Source: Cenococcum geophilum
Taxonomy: Eukaryota
Length of the DNA: 64,000 nt
Assembly: GCA_050273025.1 (NCBI GenBank)
Contig: CP158635.1
Location: 27,466,001-27,530,000 of the forward strand
Reading direction: 5' to 3'
In this document: positions 1 through 13,200 of the stretch, in pieces
Layout: every line of letters begins with the position of its first letter
Position numbering within the stretch: position 1 is the first letter of the stretch
Made by a program: the position numbers and the translations under genes
The notes under the pieces: generated by a model
Seen by the model: the letters and a program-made list of their open reading frames with translations, nothing else
Database searches by the model: none
Told to the model about the DNA's origin: nothing

Positions 1-339
1 TAACTCGTTAGGAATAGTCCTGCGTAGGCTATCTAGTCTATTATTGTAGCTAACTTAGCCCCTTCTTATATGACTTTAAAATATATTTGCGTTAGAAATC
101 CTTTAAGCTTTAATCTTTCCCCTAAGAATCGTTTAATTAATAGTAACTTAACCTTTACTACTCCGATTCTATTAAGTCTATTCTTAAGTACTATATTATT
201 TTCTATTAATTAATCTACTATTTCTTATAATTATTTTACCGTTATAGGTTGTTGCAAGTTAGTGTCCGCTATACTAGTGTCACCCTCTAACCTTAAAGTA
301 GTTGCCGCCGTTAATGGCGTTATAGTGGCTGCTTTTGGT
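1..339 (-). mobile_element. gag 5' region of same-family Gypsy A' (minus strand), continuing beyond the window edge
   Basis: Diverged reverse complement of ~814-1150 (e.g. GCTGCTTTTGGT vs ACCAAAAGCAGC); joins across the TSD to 8291-8300 to rebuild ATGCCACCAAAAGC. Confidence 0.9.
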
Positions 340-764
340 TGTTACGGACGCTTTAAGTACGATGTTACGACTACTTAGAGAAGAGACGGAAGAAGCTAGT
401 TGGTTGATTTAGGCACGGTCTAGGATGGAGCCGATAGAACCATGTGACGAGGAATAGTAACTAAGGTTATATAATATGCTACGTATTCAACGAGAGGAAC
501 GAGAGGAACTTACGTACCTTATATATAAGACGTATATCACGTATAAGAAGGATTTCATAGGAGTACGGTTATGTATTTAAGGACCCTTAGTCCCTACCTA
601 GATAGTTCCTTCCTTATAGTAATTCTTAGAATATAATTAGAGTTAATCTATTAGGCAACCACTCCACTAGTTATTATTACGTTGTTAACTTTTATACTTG
701 CATTTCCTATATACCTAGCCTAATAACAAGCCTACCGTAGTTCTTGCTATAAGGTTCCGTTACA
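340..764 (+). repeat. 5' LTR of Gypsy A
   Basis: TG...CA termini with short inverted repeat TGTTACGG/CCGTTACA; direct copy at 7866-8290 differing by transitions. Confidence 0.95.
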
Positions 765-3700
765 TAATTACTATCTAGTTATAGTATTAATATAAGAAGT
801 CGAATAATATGCCACCAAAAGCAGCCACTATAACGCTATTGACGGCAGCAACTACTTTAAGGATAGGGGGTGATACCAATATAGCAGATACTAACTTATA
901 GTAACCTGTAACGGTCGGATAGCTATAGGAAATAGTCGACTAGCTAATAGCTAATAATATAGTATTAGAAGAAAGACTTAACGGGATAGGAGTAGTAAAG
1001 ATTAAGCTACTATTAATTAAGAGATTTATAGGAGAGAGGTTAAAGCTCAAAGGATTCCTTATGTAAATGCACTTTAAGGTCTTATAAGAGGGAGTAAAGT
1101 TACCTATACCTGTGGATCGGATAGCCTATATAGAACTATTCTTATTAGGAAGAGTACTTAAGTAGTTTAAACTTTACCTTATAGAGATATAGGCAAACGG
1201 AATAACAACTACTAACTAAGACGTGCGATTTATATTCTTAAGTTAGGAAGGATTTATAGAACGACTTACGCAGATGTTTGGAGACCCGGAAGAAACAACT
1301 ATAGCGGAAAGAAAACTCCAGAACCTTGTGTAATAAACTTTAGTAATTAAGTATATAATATAGTTCTAGACACTAGCAATATAAGTAGAGTGGAATAATA
1401 GGGCGCTTAAGGTACAGTATAAATAGGGACTTAAGGCTAAAGTTTAGGACGCGATTATCCTGATGGAAGATGTAGATACCCTAAGGGAACTAATAGATTA
1501 GGCAATTAAGATTAATAATTAGATCTACTAAAGGGAATAGGCTAAGAGAGGCTAGGATAGAGTTCTATAGTTATATAAGGCGCAAAGTACGCAATAACAA
1601 AAGCTAAGTTAGAAACTATAGTATGGCGCAGAGCTAATGGACCTAAGTGGTACTAAAGAAGCCTATAAGAGATGGAGCAAACTATGGAAACCTAGAGGAC
1701 AAGGATTAGATAATTAAAGGTCTAAGGAGTAGAGGCTAAATTAGGGATCTTATTAGCAGAAGACATTTAGGCGGACTTTATAGTAAGAGAAATAGTTTAA
1801 AGAAGGAGCTTATATAAATTGCGGAAAATAGGGTTATTACGTTAGAGACTATAAAAGTGGGCAGAGTTATTATATAGTAAAAGGTATAAGACTAGCAGAC
1901 GATATATATATACAAAAGGACGATAATATGCTGTGAGGAACAAAAGAATGTTTAATTAAAAGTTTTGCGTTTTATTATAACAACATATACCAAATTTATA
2001 AAGATGCTAAGTATAGTGTAAGCTATTAGCTATAAGAGCTAGCACCTATAGGATATAAAGGAACTAACGAACTAGTTCGTAGATCGGATATTAAGGACGA
2101 TAAATTTAACCTAGGTAAAACATTCCGTGACGATAAGGTAATAAGGGCCGCTTACTAGGAGCGAGTAGACCTCGGAGATGTTATACTAGAGGTAGAGGAT
2201 AATTCCACTATAGAATAGGGAATATTAGTAGGGATCGAAACCCTACTAGATATGATGTCTATCGCTTTATAAGACGTAAGAGAAGTAGGACAGCAAACTA
2301 CTTTAGCACTTAATAAAGGCAAAAGGCTAAAGGCTTAAGATTCTTATAGCGAGATAAGAGATAACTAAGATTCTTAAAATAAGATAAGGTAAGCTTAAGG
2401 ACCTATAACAGATGATAACTAATGGAGTAGAGCAGCAGCTTAGTTTAGAAACATACAAATAAGCTTAGGATAGAAGTTCCTATAGGCATAAGATTCTTAA
2501 GACGAGATAAGTGAGATTTAAGACTTTTAAGACAAGATAAGAACACTAAGTAAGCCTAGTTGGACTAAGGCTAGAGCTAAGCTTAAGTTAAAAGCGAGCT
2601 TGGGATTAAAGAACCTAAGAGGTTAAGGATTCGGAGTATAAATTAGAACACCTATAGATAAGAGGTAAGAAGCTTCTTTACAGATTAGAGAATCTATAGC
2701 ATAAACAGTAATTAGACTAGGAGACAAATATATGGACCTAGAGGATTTACTAGTTAAACGAAGTGTTCGGACTAAAGATTAAAAAGTTAATACTAGAATT
2801 AAGAAGCAAGACGACTTTAAGGATTAGAGCGTAAGGCGCAAACTAAAAGAAACTATAGAAGAGTTTAGGCAAAAAATCATTGTATGGTAAGAATAGAAAC
2901 TAGATAAGAGATCTAGTATATTGGGACGTATAAAGGATAGAGTACTAGTATAAAGAATTACTAATAGACTGAGAGTAGGCATACTAAGAGCTAAGTGGCT
3001 TACTAAACTAGAAGATAAAGAGGATTTAGGGATTCTAACTAGGTTTAAGGAACGATATATAAAGGGCTGTTACAATATAGTAATAAGAAGATACTTTCTT
3101 ACGGACAGACCGTATATACTCTAGTAGCTATACTAAAAGTAGTATAGGCAAAGGTACAATAATAAGTGGGAAGATTTCTATATATAGTTGGATAAAAAAG
3201 TTATCTAGGACCACCTAATTATAGAGAAGGCTATAACGCATATTAAAGGAGCCTTAATTATAATATTAAAGGATCTAGAGGAACGTTTAGAGGACTAGAG
3301 AAGTAAGAGGCGTATCTTAGTACCTATAAATAAAGTTATAACGTTTAGATTAGCATAACAGAGGTTTAAACTTAAGGATAAAGATAAGCTAAGAGTTAAC
3401 CTAAAGCACCTAGTACACTACACGTTATTATAGATTGCGTATATAGACAATATATACAAAATGCATAAGAATCTAAAGGAAAAGAATTAGAAATACCCTA
3501 TAAGGATATATTAGATAACAGACGAGTAATAATATAAGAATGCTAAATATATATATAGATAGCATCTAGCAGAGGTCTAAGAGGAAGGAAGTTTAGTACT
3601 TTAACCAGGAAGATTCCTTATGGAAGAATGCTTAGACGGACAACAGTAGTAGGAATGCCTAGAAAATACGTATCTATGGCATATAGAAGATAAAAAGCAA

Positions 3701-6700
3701 ACTAGGCATTAGCTAAAGAGCGAGCTAAGCGCACTAGGATTAAGCAGCTAATAGTTAGAAAAAGTAGAGGCCTATAGGACTAGAGGGAGCCAGTGGTAGA
3801 GCCTTAGACCCTTAAAGGAATTTAAGAATAACACTTAAATTTACGAGTTAATTGGTAAAATTAGCAGTTTGAAGCGCTAATAGATAGTAGAGCAACGCGA
3901 AACTATATCTTACTAGCAGCAGTTAAGAAAATAGGACTACCTTATAGATAAAAGGAGCAATCTTACCTATTAGTTACGATTTTAGGAGATCTAATAACCT
4001 ATAGAGGAGGGATTATTAATCTTAAAACAGGACCTATTTAGATAACTATTAAAGGGAGATAAATTAAGATGTCTTTTAATATCCTATTATTAGGATAGGA
4101 CGAGGCAGTATTAAGTATGCCTTAGTTATAGGAATACAATCTAAGGATTAATTGGATTACAGGTTAAGTCAATATTAGAGATACTTAACGCCGTAAGATA
4201 TAATAATAAGCTAAGTTGGTATAGTACTAAGTAGGAGCAACCTATAAAGAAATAGAAAAAGGACTAAGTTATGTATTAAAGAGATACCATAAGTATAGTA
4301 AGAAACTATAGTTACCGGGAAGTAAGAAGCTGTTAGAATATATAGTATGGGACTATAAAATAGAGTTAGAACTAAAAATAAGTCTAAAGTTCTTTCTAAT
4401 CTATAAACTTACTAAAGAAAAAGGTAGAGCGTTAAAAGAGTTTGTCTAGGAAAATCTACGAAAGGGATATATTAGACTATTGCAGTTATTAGCGGGTTAT
4501 CCAGTACTATTTATACTAAAGAAAAATGGTAAACTAAGGCTGTGTATTAACTATAGACAGTTAAACAGTATTACTAGGAAGGATAGGTATCCTTTACCCT
4601 TAATTAGCGAAATCTAAGACAGAATAGGTAATGCGCAAATCTTTATAAAGATAGATCTAAGATAGGCGTACCATTAGATTAGGATTAAGGAAGGCAATAA
4701 ATAAAAGGCAGCCTTTAGGTTAAAGGAAGGACTGTATAAACCATTAGTTATGCAATTTAGGCTTATAAACGCACTAGCAATATTCTAAAAGCGTATTAAT
4801 AATATATTAGGAGAATACTTAGATGAATTTATTATAGTATATTTTAATAATATTATTATTTATTTAATAACTAAGGAAGAATACGGGGAATACGTTAAAT
4901 AAGTTTTAAAGAGACTATAAGAAGAACAGATACTAGTAGTAATTAAGAAATGCGAGTTCTTTACTAGGAAGACCGATTTTGTTAGATTTATTATTAAACT
5001 AGGCTAACTTAGTATAGATCTAAAGAAGATTGAGGCTATAGTGAATTGGTAGGAACTAGAGAACGTTATATAGTTAAGATCGTTCTTAAGGTTTTGCAAT
5101 TACTATAGAAGGTTTATAGCGCAGTGGTTAAAGGATATTAAGCTACTTATAAGGTTAATAAAGAAAGAAGAACTATAGGTATAGGGAGAGGAGTAAAGGG
5201 AACTCTTTAAGAAAGTTAAAGAGTTGTTTACCTAGGAGCCAGTTCTTAAGATCTATTAACTAGGACTAGAGACGGTTATAGAGACGGATATATTAGATTA
5301 TATACTAGGGGCATACTTTATATAAAGGCATTAAGATAGATAGTACCTAGTGGCATACTATAGTTAAAAGATAACACTATTAGAGTTAAACTATAATATC
5401 TACAATAAGGAGTTATTAGGTATAGTTATAGTATTAAAAAAATAGAGAGTATTCTTATAAGGTATAGAGAAACTATTTATAGTTAAGACGGATTATAAGA
5501 ACCTAACAGGATTCCTAATAATGAAGGAACTTAACTAAAGATAGGTTAGATGGGTAGAGATGCTTGCAGAATACCATTTTAAGATTTAGTATACTAAAGG
5601 TATAGATAATATAAGGGCAGATGCTCTAAGCCGTAAAGCTAAACTATAAAATAAGGAGAAGCTATTAGGGGCTTTATTGCAAAAGAATATAGACGGATTA
5701 ATTAGGTATAATTATCCAAGAATTATAGTAACTTAAAAAGATAATAAACTAGAGAAAATCTATAAGATACTAGAAAGCTTTTGGGTATAAAGAATTCTAG
5801 AAGCATAGCTAAAAGATCTATAGATGGATATATATAAAAATTAAGAAGTAAAGTATATCCTAAAAAGCATAGTAGAGCAGTTTATAGAAGACTTCTATAA
5901 GGGACTAACTTAAGGACACAATAGAGCTATAGGCTTAGTGTTAAGACTCTAGGAGGAGTATATTATTAATAGAATCTAAAGAATAGCTAGAAAAGTTATA
6001 AAGGAATATCTAGATTATTAAAGGAATAAACTAACGAGGTATAAGCCGTATAGAGGGCTATAACCTATTAAAATACCAGAAAGACTATGGGAGGTTATAT
6101 TATAGGACTTTATTATTAAGTTGCTAAAATTAAAAGATCCTATTACCGAATAAGATTATAATGCGATCTTAGTAATAATAGATAAGCTTATAAAGTAGGG
6201 ATACTTTATAGCATGTATAGAAGAAATCTTAGCGGAAGATATCGCTAGAATTTATATTAAAGAAGTATTTATAAGATATGGAGCACTAAGTAAGATTATA
6301 TTAGATAGAGATTTAAGATTTATAGCAGTATTCTAAAAAGTATTCTTAGCGGAGTAAGGAGTTTAAGTAGTAACTTCTACCGCATACTATCCGCAGATAG
6401 ACGGTTAAATAGAAAGATTAAATTAGACGCTAGAGTAGCATTTAAGGCATTATATTAATTATATATAAAATAATTAGGTATTACTATTACTAGTTATATA
6501 GTTTATATATAATATAACACCTTAAGAAGGAATAGGCATATTACTATTTAAGGTAAATTACGGATATAAGCTAAGAATATTGTTGTTACTATAGCAAGCG
6601 AAGAAAATAAGTAGTACAGCTAAAGAAAGAATAAAGACGTTAATAAATCTTTATATAGACTTTATGGAATTAGTAAAGAAAGTGTAAAAGAGAATAAAAA

Positions 6701-7149
6701 AGTACTATAATGCTAAGAGATCTAAGGGACTAGATCTTAAGGAGGGAGATAAAGTATGGTTACTATATAAAAATTTTAAGAGTTAATAACTAAGTAAGAA
6801 GTTAGACTATGTTAAACTAGAACCTTTTAAAATTACGTAAAGGATTTTACTAGTTATATTTAAGTTAAACCTACTAGCCAAAATAAAGATTTACCCTATA
6901 TAGTATATTATAATACTAGAGCTAATATATAGGAATGTTAAGCCACCGGTCTATAAAGTAGACATATATAGAGGATAAGAAGAAGATAAATAGTAAGTAT
7001 TAAAGATTGTTAATTATAAGGATATTAACAACGAAATATAATACGAGGTTAAGTAAATAGGCTACACTAAGACTACCTGGAAGCTACTAGAGAATTTAAA
7101 AAACGCTATAGAAAAGGTATAGGAGTATTAAAAGAGATTAGGTTAGGCA

Positions 7150-7757
7150 GTATTAATAAAAAAGGATCGCTAAAGAATAAGTTACCTAAGGGGGACCTAA
7201 GAAGAGTAGTTGCCGAACTACTTAAATCTATTTCCTTCTCTGTTAAAGGAGAGTCTATTCTTTTATTGCCTAGTTCCTATAAACCTTATTTTATAAGTTT
7301 CTACTCCTTAAAATAAACCTTTTTATAAACCTTCTTAAGACAAAGTAGATAAGTAAATGCCGCAATTTAAGTATTTAGGGCCTTCTGTTCCGCGTTACGG
7401 GAGTATTCTAATTTAGCAAGGGCTTATAACAGTTTACTATCTAGCTATACAGTAGTAGATTAAATATAAGACCCTAAAATAAATTAATTAGGGAACCAGA
7501 TGACTATTAAGAGTAATAGGTCGCGTATATTTAGTATTAGAAGTAGAGCGAACGTTATAGGACGAATAAATATTCGCTTTAGTACACTCTAAGTAAGAGG
7601 ACGGTTATCGCGAAGATGGGTTCGCCAATATAATATAAACTAACCCCTCTTTTAAACAACGAGAATACGGAGACGGCATAATCTTACTAAGAGATAGTAT
7701 TACAGTAATAGTGTGAGCACGACGTTGGGCGTATAAAGAAGAAATTGCTTTAGGTAT
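7150..7757 (-). pseudogene. RIP-degraded antisense accessory gene in Gypsy A: Zn(II)2Cys6-like motif + coiled coil, one intron
   Basis: Minus frame reads (M)PKAISSL..MPSP[Y]SRCLKEGLV[Y]..PSS[Y]LECTKANIYSS[Y]; reverting TAY to TGY gives C-x2-C-x6-C-x13-C-x2-C-x8-C (7667-7557). An intron at 7528-7474 restores the frame into a heptad-like helix. 3' end approximate. Confidence 0.7.
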
Positions 7758-7865
7758 AATAAGCAATAATATTAACTAAATTAATTAGACGGATATTATA
7801 CCTCTAGTAAACAACTTAAAGATATTTTAAATCTTTAAGGACAAAGATAAAAAGGAGGGAGATGG

Positions 7866-8290
7866 TGTTATGGACGCTTTAAGTATAATATTATAACTAC
7901 TTAAAGAAGAGACGGAAGAAGCTAGTTGGTTAATTTAGGTATAATTTAGGATAGAGCTAATAGAACTATATAACAAGGAATAGTAACTAAGGTTATATAA
8001 TATGCTATATATTAAATAAGAGGAATGAGAGGAACTTACGTACCTTATATATAAGACGTATATTATATATAAGAAGGATTTTATAGGAGTACGGTTATGT
8101 ATTTAAGGACCCTTAATCCCTACCTAGATAGTTCCTTCCTTATAGTGATTTTTAGAATATAATTAGAGTTAATCTATTAGGCAACCACTCCACCAGTTAT
8201 TATTACGTTGTTAACTTTTATACTTGCATTTCCTATACACCTAGCCTAATAATAAGCCCACCGTAGTTCTTGCTATAAGGTTCCGTTACA
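7866..8290 (+). repeat. 3' LTR of Gypsy A
   Basis: Copy of 340-764, preceded by a polypurine tract. Confidence 0.95.
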
Positions 8291-8772
8291 TTAGTAGCAT
8301 ATTATTTAACTTTCTATATTTAATACCGTAACCGTAATAGTAATTATATAATAGAACTTTATAGCAGGAACTATAATGGGTTTTATTAATAGGCTAGGTG
8401 TATAGGAAATATAAAGATAGTAGTTAATAACGTAATAATAACTGGTAGAGTAGTTACCTAATAGATTAACTTTAATTATATTCTAAGAATCACTATAAGG
8501 AAGGAACTATCTAGGTAGGGACTAAGGGTCCTTAAATACACAACTGTACTCCTATAAAATCCTCCTTATACGCGATATATATATTATATATAAGGTACGT
8601 AAATTCCCTTCATTTCTCGCGTTCTTTACGTAACACCTTATGTGACCTTAACTACTATTCCTTGTTATATAGTTCTATGGGTTCTATCCTAGACCATACT
8701 TATATTAACCAACTAGCTTCTTCCAACTCCTCTCCAAGTAGTCGTAATATCGTACTTAAAGCGTCCGTAACA
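8291..8772 (-). mobile_element. Leader and 5' LTR (8347-8772) of Gypsy A'
   Basis: Reverse-complement copy of LTR A ending GCGTCCGTAACA at 8772; 8291-8346 is the reverse complement of the A leader and gag start. Confidence 0.92.
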
Positions 8773-9889
8773 TTACCTACTAGGTATAAGAATTAAGTCT
8801 AAAACTTAGTAAAAGATTAGTTTAACTTTATTATTAAGCCATTATAGTTATAACGCGCGTCCTATACTTTATTTGGGTTTATATATATAGCGGCTAAATA
8901 CTATAGTATTTTACTAACAGATATAAAGCGGATAGGGAAGTTATCCTTAAATTTGGCTTAAAGGTAACGTTAGGTATCTCCTATAGTTTAACTAAAGAGG
9001 TAAAGTATCTTAGCTTTTTTAAAGGGAAAATAGTTATAGTTAACGCGAAGTTTTTCTTATACTTAGATTCTCTAATTCTTAAAGGTAAGATCTATCTCGT
9101 TAGATAGGGGTTAGGGGTTAAAAAGCTTAATATACTTTAATTACTTTATTATTATATCCGTACTTCCTAGTATATTATATTTAGTAGAGTAAATAGGTTA
9201 GCTAGGGCTTTAGGAAGGAAAAGCTAGGCTATTTTATAGGGCCGTAAGGCTTTCTAGGATCTCTTATAGGGTCTTTTATATATTTTTTGCTTTAAGACAA
9301 TCGGCCTTTTAGCTGGCCGTAAGGGCGCGAATCTACTCGCGTATGTCTATAATGTTATTATTATCTTTAATTTCTAATCCTAATTGGATCTTAGGTTCCT
9401 CTTAGGTAGAGGCAGCTCTCTTAGATAAGCTTATTTTAGGTACTATTATTAGCTTCTTAAGGTTCGTTAGTATTATACGCTTTAGTTTTAATTCTAGGGG
9501 TACAGGTCTAGTCCTATTTGGCTTATAAAGTGGGATATTATTTAGGCCTTCCTAGGCAGTATAGAGTTATTTTGGTGTCTAAGTATAGCACGTTAATACG
9601 TCGTTGCAGACGAAGTTTCTTTTAAGGTGGGATATTATTAAGGCCTTCCCAGGCAGGGTAGGGTAAGCTTAGTATAATATTACGGCTTGTACAAATGCCT
9701 CTAAACTAAAGCTTGTAGAATGCTGTATTACAAAGATACTAAGCTAAGGAGAAGGAAAAAAGGGGTCGCTAGGACCGATATAAATAAATATATAGGGTGA
9801 GCCGCTAAGGCGCTAGCTCCAGGCGAGCCAATCGCGGGTCAGCAGAATATGGCAGAATTTGGCAGGTAACGTGCAATAGCGCCGTTACA
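8773..9889 (-). mobile_element. Interrupted Gypsy element 'C': 5' LTR (~9678-9889) and gag N-terminal part
   Basis: LTR bounded by T(A)TTACGGC...GCCGTTACA. The de-RIPed minus strand reads like fungal Gypsy gag (..DLTFENWRIQ..KLRVN..HF..AKMLYLF..HLAAIY.NPNK..F.EFQTQFLHLAG). Confidence 0.8.
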
Positions 9890-10220
9890 AGTTATTAGCC
9901 CTATTACAGACAGTAAAGGAAGCTATCTTTATTAGTAGGCTGTTTAAAGTAATAAGGTTACACCTAAATAAGCCCTTAATTATTAACTATAATAATATCT
10001 AGACACTCTAACTAATTATAAAAGACATAGTAAAGCTAATTACGAAGCTCTAATACGTTAATATCTATTAATACTGGTTGCGTTAAGAACACGCAATAAG
10101 ACGAGTGCTATTTTAATAGAAAGCGATAAAGGAGATAATTGCTGATGGACTTATAAAGGCCCTGCCTAAGTAGAGGTTTAAGAGCTTTATTAATATAATT
10201 AGAATAGTAGATATTAAAAA
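9890..10220 (+). mobile_element. Ty1/Copia pol RNase H fragment (host of the nest)
   Basis: De-RIPed ELLAL.QT.KEAIFISRLF...KLRHVDIHQHWLRQE...IADGLTKALPKQRF; the frame resumes at 16565. Confidence 0.88.
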
Positions 10221-13200
10221 TGTCACGGGACAGGGTAGTGGCTACAAGACGTATGTATTCGAGGAGTTTATAAGACGTTACGCGATCGATTATAAGGGTC
10301 GAAGGCGTAAGGAGGTAATATACCTACGCGTAGCTGACATAAGCTATATACAAGGTGTACGTAAAAGTACAGGGCTCTCCTATGGAGGCCCCTGCGGTAG
10401 GGTTTCGTAATATTACCCCCCCTCCTATAGAGGCGGAGCTCCGGCGACGCTATGGTTACTATATATATATAAAAGGGACACTTAGGGTATAGAAAAGAAG
10501 AAAGGGGGGTATCGCTAAAGGCTTAAAACAACGTTATATAATAAGGCTTGGCATTTAAGAATCCAACTAATTAGATAACTTTAACCGCTAGTTAAAGTTC
10601 CTAGATATCTTAACGATATTCCGGTCACGTGATTATACTTTACCGCAATTTAACGGCAATCTAATGGCAATTTGCCCCTACGTAGTAATGTATAACGGTT
10701 TAACTCTATAAGGGCTCCTATAGAGGATTAGGTATAAAATCTCTGCTTAAGCCCGGTTTCTATAGGTTCGCGTAGTAAAAGTCGCTAATTAGATCCTTTG
10801 CATTTTTAAAGTCTTCCTATAGTTGCCATTCTAGCTAATCTATGTCGAATCCTGTGTATATAGCTCTATAGTAGAGCCGTCGTCCTCTACCTTTGCTAAA
10901 GTATTTAGAGTTAATAATTCGTTTAACGGTCTACTCCTTATAGTTCTCGTCTTCATTCTCATCTTAGATTAATACTAGTGGGGGTTTAGGCTGTATCTGC
11001 CCCGGTAAAGGGTTAGGCTAGTAAAGGTGTAGTAGCTATAGGTAAAATATAGGCTATATCCCGCGGGTAGCTAGGGTAGGTAAAAGCTCTAGCTTATATA
11101 CGGCTCCCCTATTAATAACTTATTTAATTAGGTAAGGGCTAAGGTTTTTATAATTAAGTAACTTTATAGGCCTCTGCGTAGAGATATTATATATATCTAG
11201 CCATACCTAGTCGCTAACACGCATCTCTGATGGTGGCGTTCTATAACGGTCGGCAAAGTAGGCCTACTTTGCTTAAGCCCAGGCCATTTCTCCCTTACAG
11301 TAGTTAAGTAGATTTTTTATATAGTCTGTATGCTAGTTAGTAAGTAGTATCTTAAGGCGTTTTCTATATAGTAGTTTCTTATTAATAGGTTCTAGTGGTT
11401 CTATACCGGATTAGGGGTAATATCCCTTATTTGCGAAGAATAGGGTAAGTCCTATAGTAGTTAAGACGTAGTTATTTACTATAAATTTACTTAGTAGGAG
11501 GTAATCTACCCAGTCATCTTAACTATAGGCGACTACCTATTATAGGTACGCTTTTATGCTAGTATTAGCGTTTTCTAGTTGCCTAGTAGTTTTATAATAA
11601 AAGGATATAGATATCTTAACGGAGATACCAAGGCGTTAGTAGATTTGTCTCTATACATTAGAGCCAAACTATATGCCTTAGTTAGATGTAATTAAGTTAG
11701 GTAACCTATATAATTAGTAGATTTCGCGAAGAAAGGCGTTAATAACGTCGCTAACGGCTACGCCTTCGGTTAGGACGTAGTGGCGCTCTTTTATAAGTCG
11801 GTATATTATTATAAGGATGTTCTTATAGGTACGGCCATATCGCTTATAGGGTGGTAGGTTAATAACGAAATCTATAGCGATATCTGCCTATTGTCGTATA
11901 GGTACTAGTAGAGGGTGCAGTAGTCCTTAGTACTTTATATTAAAGGCCTTAGCGCGCTTATAACCGTAGTAGGCGCCTATAAAGCGTTTAACTAAGTCTA
12001 TTATTTTAGGCTAGAAGTAGTATCGGCTAAGAAGCTTATAGGTTCCTCCTCTACCTAGATAGCCGCTTAATTAAAGGTCATAGGCTATTTAGATTAGTTG
12101 CCGTTATAGATTTTCTAAGTTAGGGATAAATAGACGGCCTCTATAATAGAGCCTGTTCTCTTTTACTTCTAAGGCTGCTATATTAATCTAGCCTAAGCTT
12201 TAGAGTTTAGTTAGTAGCGTATAGGCGCTAGCGGTCTTTACGGTAATAAGTTAATACAGTAATAGGTTAATAGAGGTGTTATATACCGTAGTAATAAGCT
12301 TATTAATTTTAGGAGGTAATTTTAGTTCTATAGTATAGAGCTAAGGTATAGTTAGCTCTATTATAGGTAGCATACCTAGGGCCAAATTTTATGCTTTTAG
12401 AATTATTTGTTGTTGGAACTAGTTATAGGGGTTATCTTTAGACTAAGGAAGGTCTTATAAGCGGCGTATTAGGCTATTAGGCTTAGTACCTTATACTCCT
12501 AGCCTATATATAATTTTAAAGTTAAAACTAGAGAGGAACTCGTTCTAGCGTACTTGGCATTAGTTTAGCTATTTTATAGTTATAAAGTACTTAAGGTTAT
12601 AATAATCCGTAAGGACTTTAGCTGGCTAGTTAGGTTCTACTAAAGAGAGTTCTAGTTAGAATTCCTTAAACGCTTATATAATTGCGAGAAGTTCCTTATT
12701 ATAAATCTTGTAGTTACATTCTTATAGTATAAGCTTAGATAAATAGAATGCGACTAGGTGGAGGAGACCGTCGTCACCCATCTAGGAGAGGATGTCTACG
12801 TTAACGTAGTCTAAGGAGTTAGTCTTAAGATAGAGTTATTGTCCTAGTATAAAGTAAGCTAGGATAGGTACTTTAGTAAAAGTATCTTTAAGGTCTTAGA
12901 ACGCCTTCTTATATTTAGGCGTCTAGATAAAATATAGATATATTTTTCTTCCTTTTACAAAAAGGCCCTTTATTCGCATTATTGCTATAAGTAGTGCTAT
13001 AATACCCGAGAAGTTATATATAAATTTTTAATAGAAGTTAGCAAAACTAAGGAAAGCTTATACGTCTTTAATATAGTTAGGGGTTTGCTATTTAGTAATT
13101 ATATATACCTTCTTAGGGTCTATATAGATACCCTTAGTAGTAACGATTAGTTTAAGGTATTTTACTTCTATAACTGAGAATTTATACTTCTTTAAATTAA

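Larger units (their letters stand above)
340..8290 (+). mobile_element. Complete Ty3/Gypsy (chromovirus-type) LTR retrotransposon 'A', RIP-inactivated
   Basis: 425-bp LTRs at 340-764 and 7866-8290 (TGTTA..CCGTTACA); PPT AAAAAGGAGGGAGATGG before 7866; TSD TTGGT (335-339) vs TTAGT (8291-8295, one G->A). De-RIPed motifs: gag ATG ~809, CCHC knuckle ~1810-1852, protease ALIDSGA ~3873, [18 protein letters not shown] ~4518 and Y(F/L)DD ~4838, RNase H ETDASD ~5281, integrase YHPQTDGQTER ~6385, chromodomain ~6990-7130. Confidence 0.95.
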
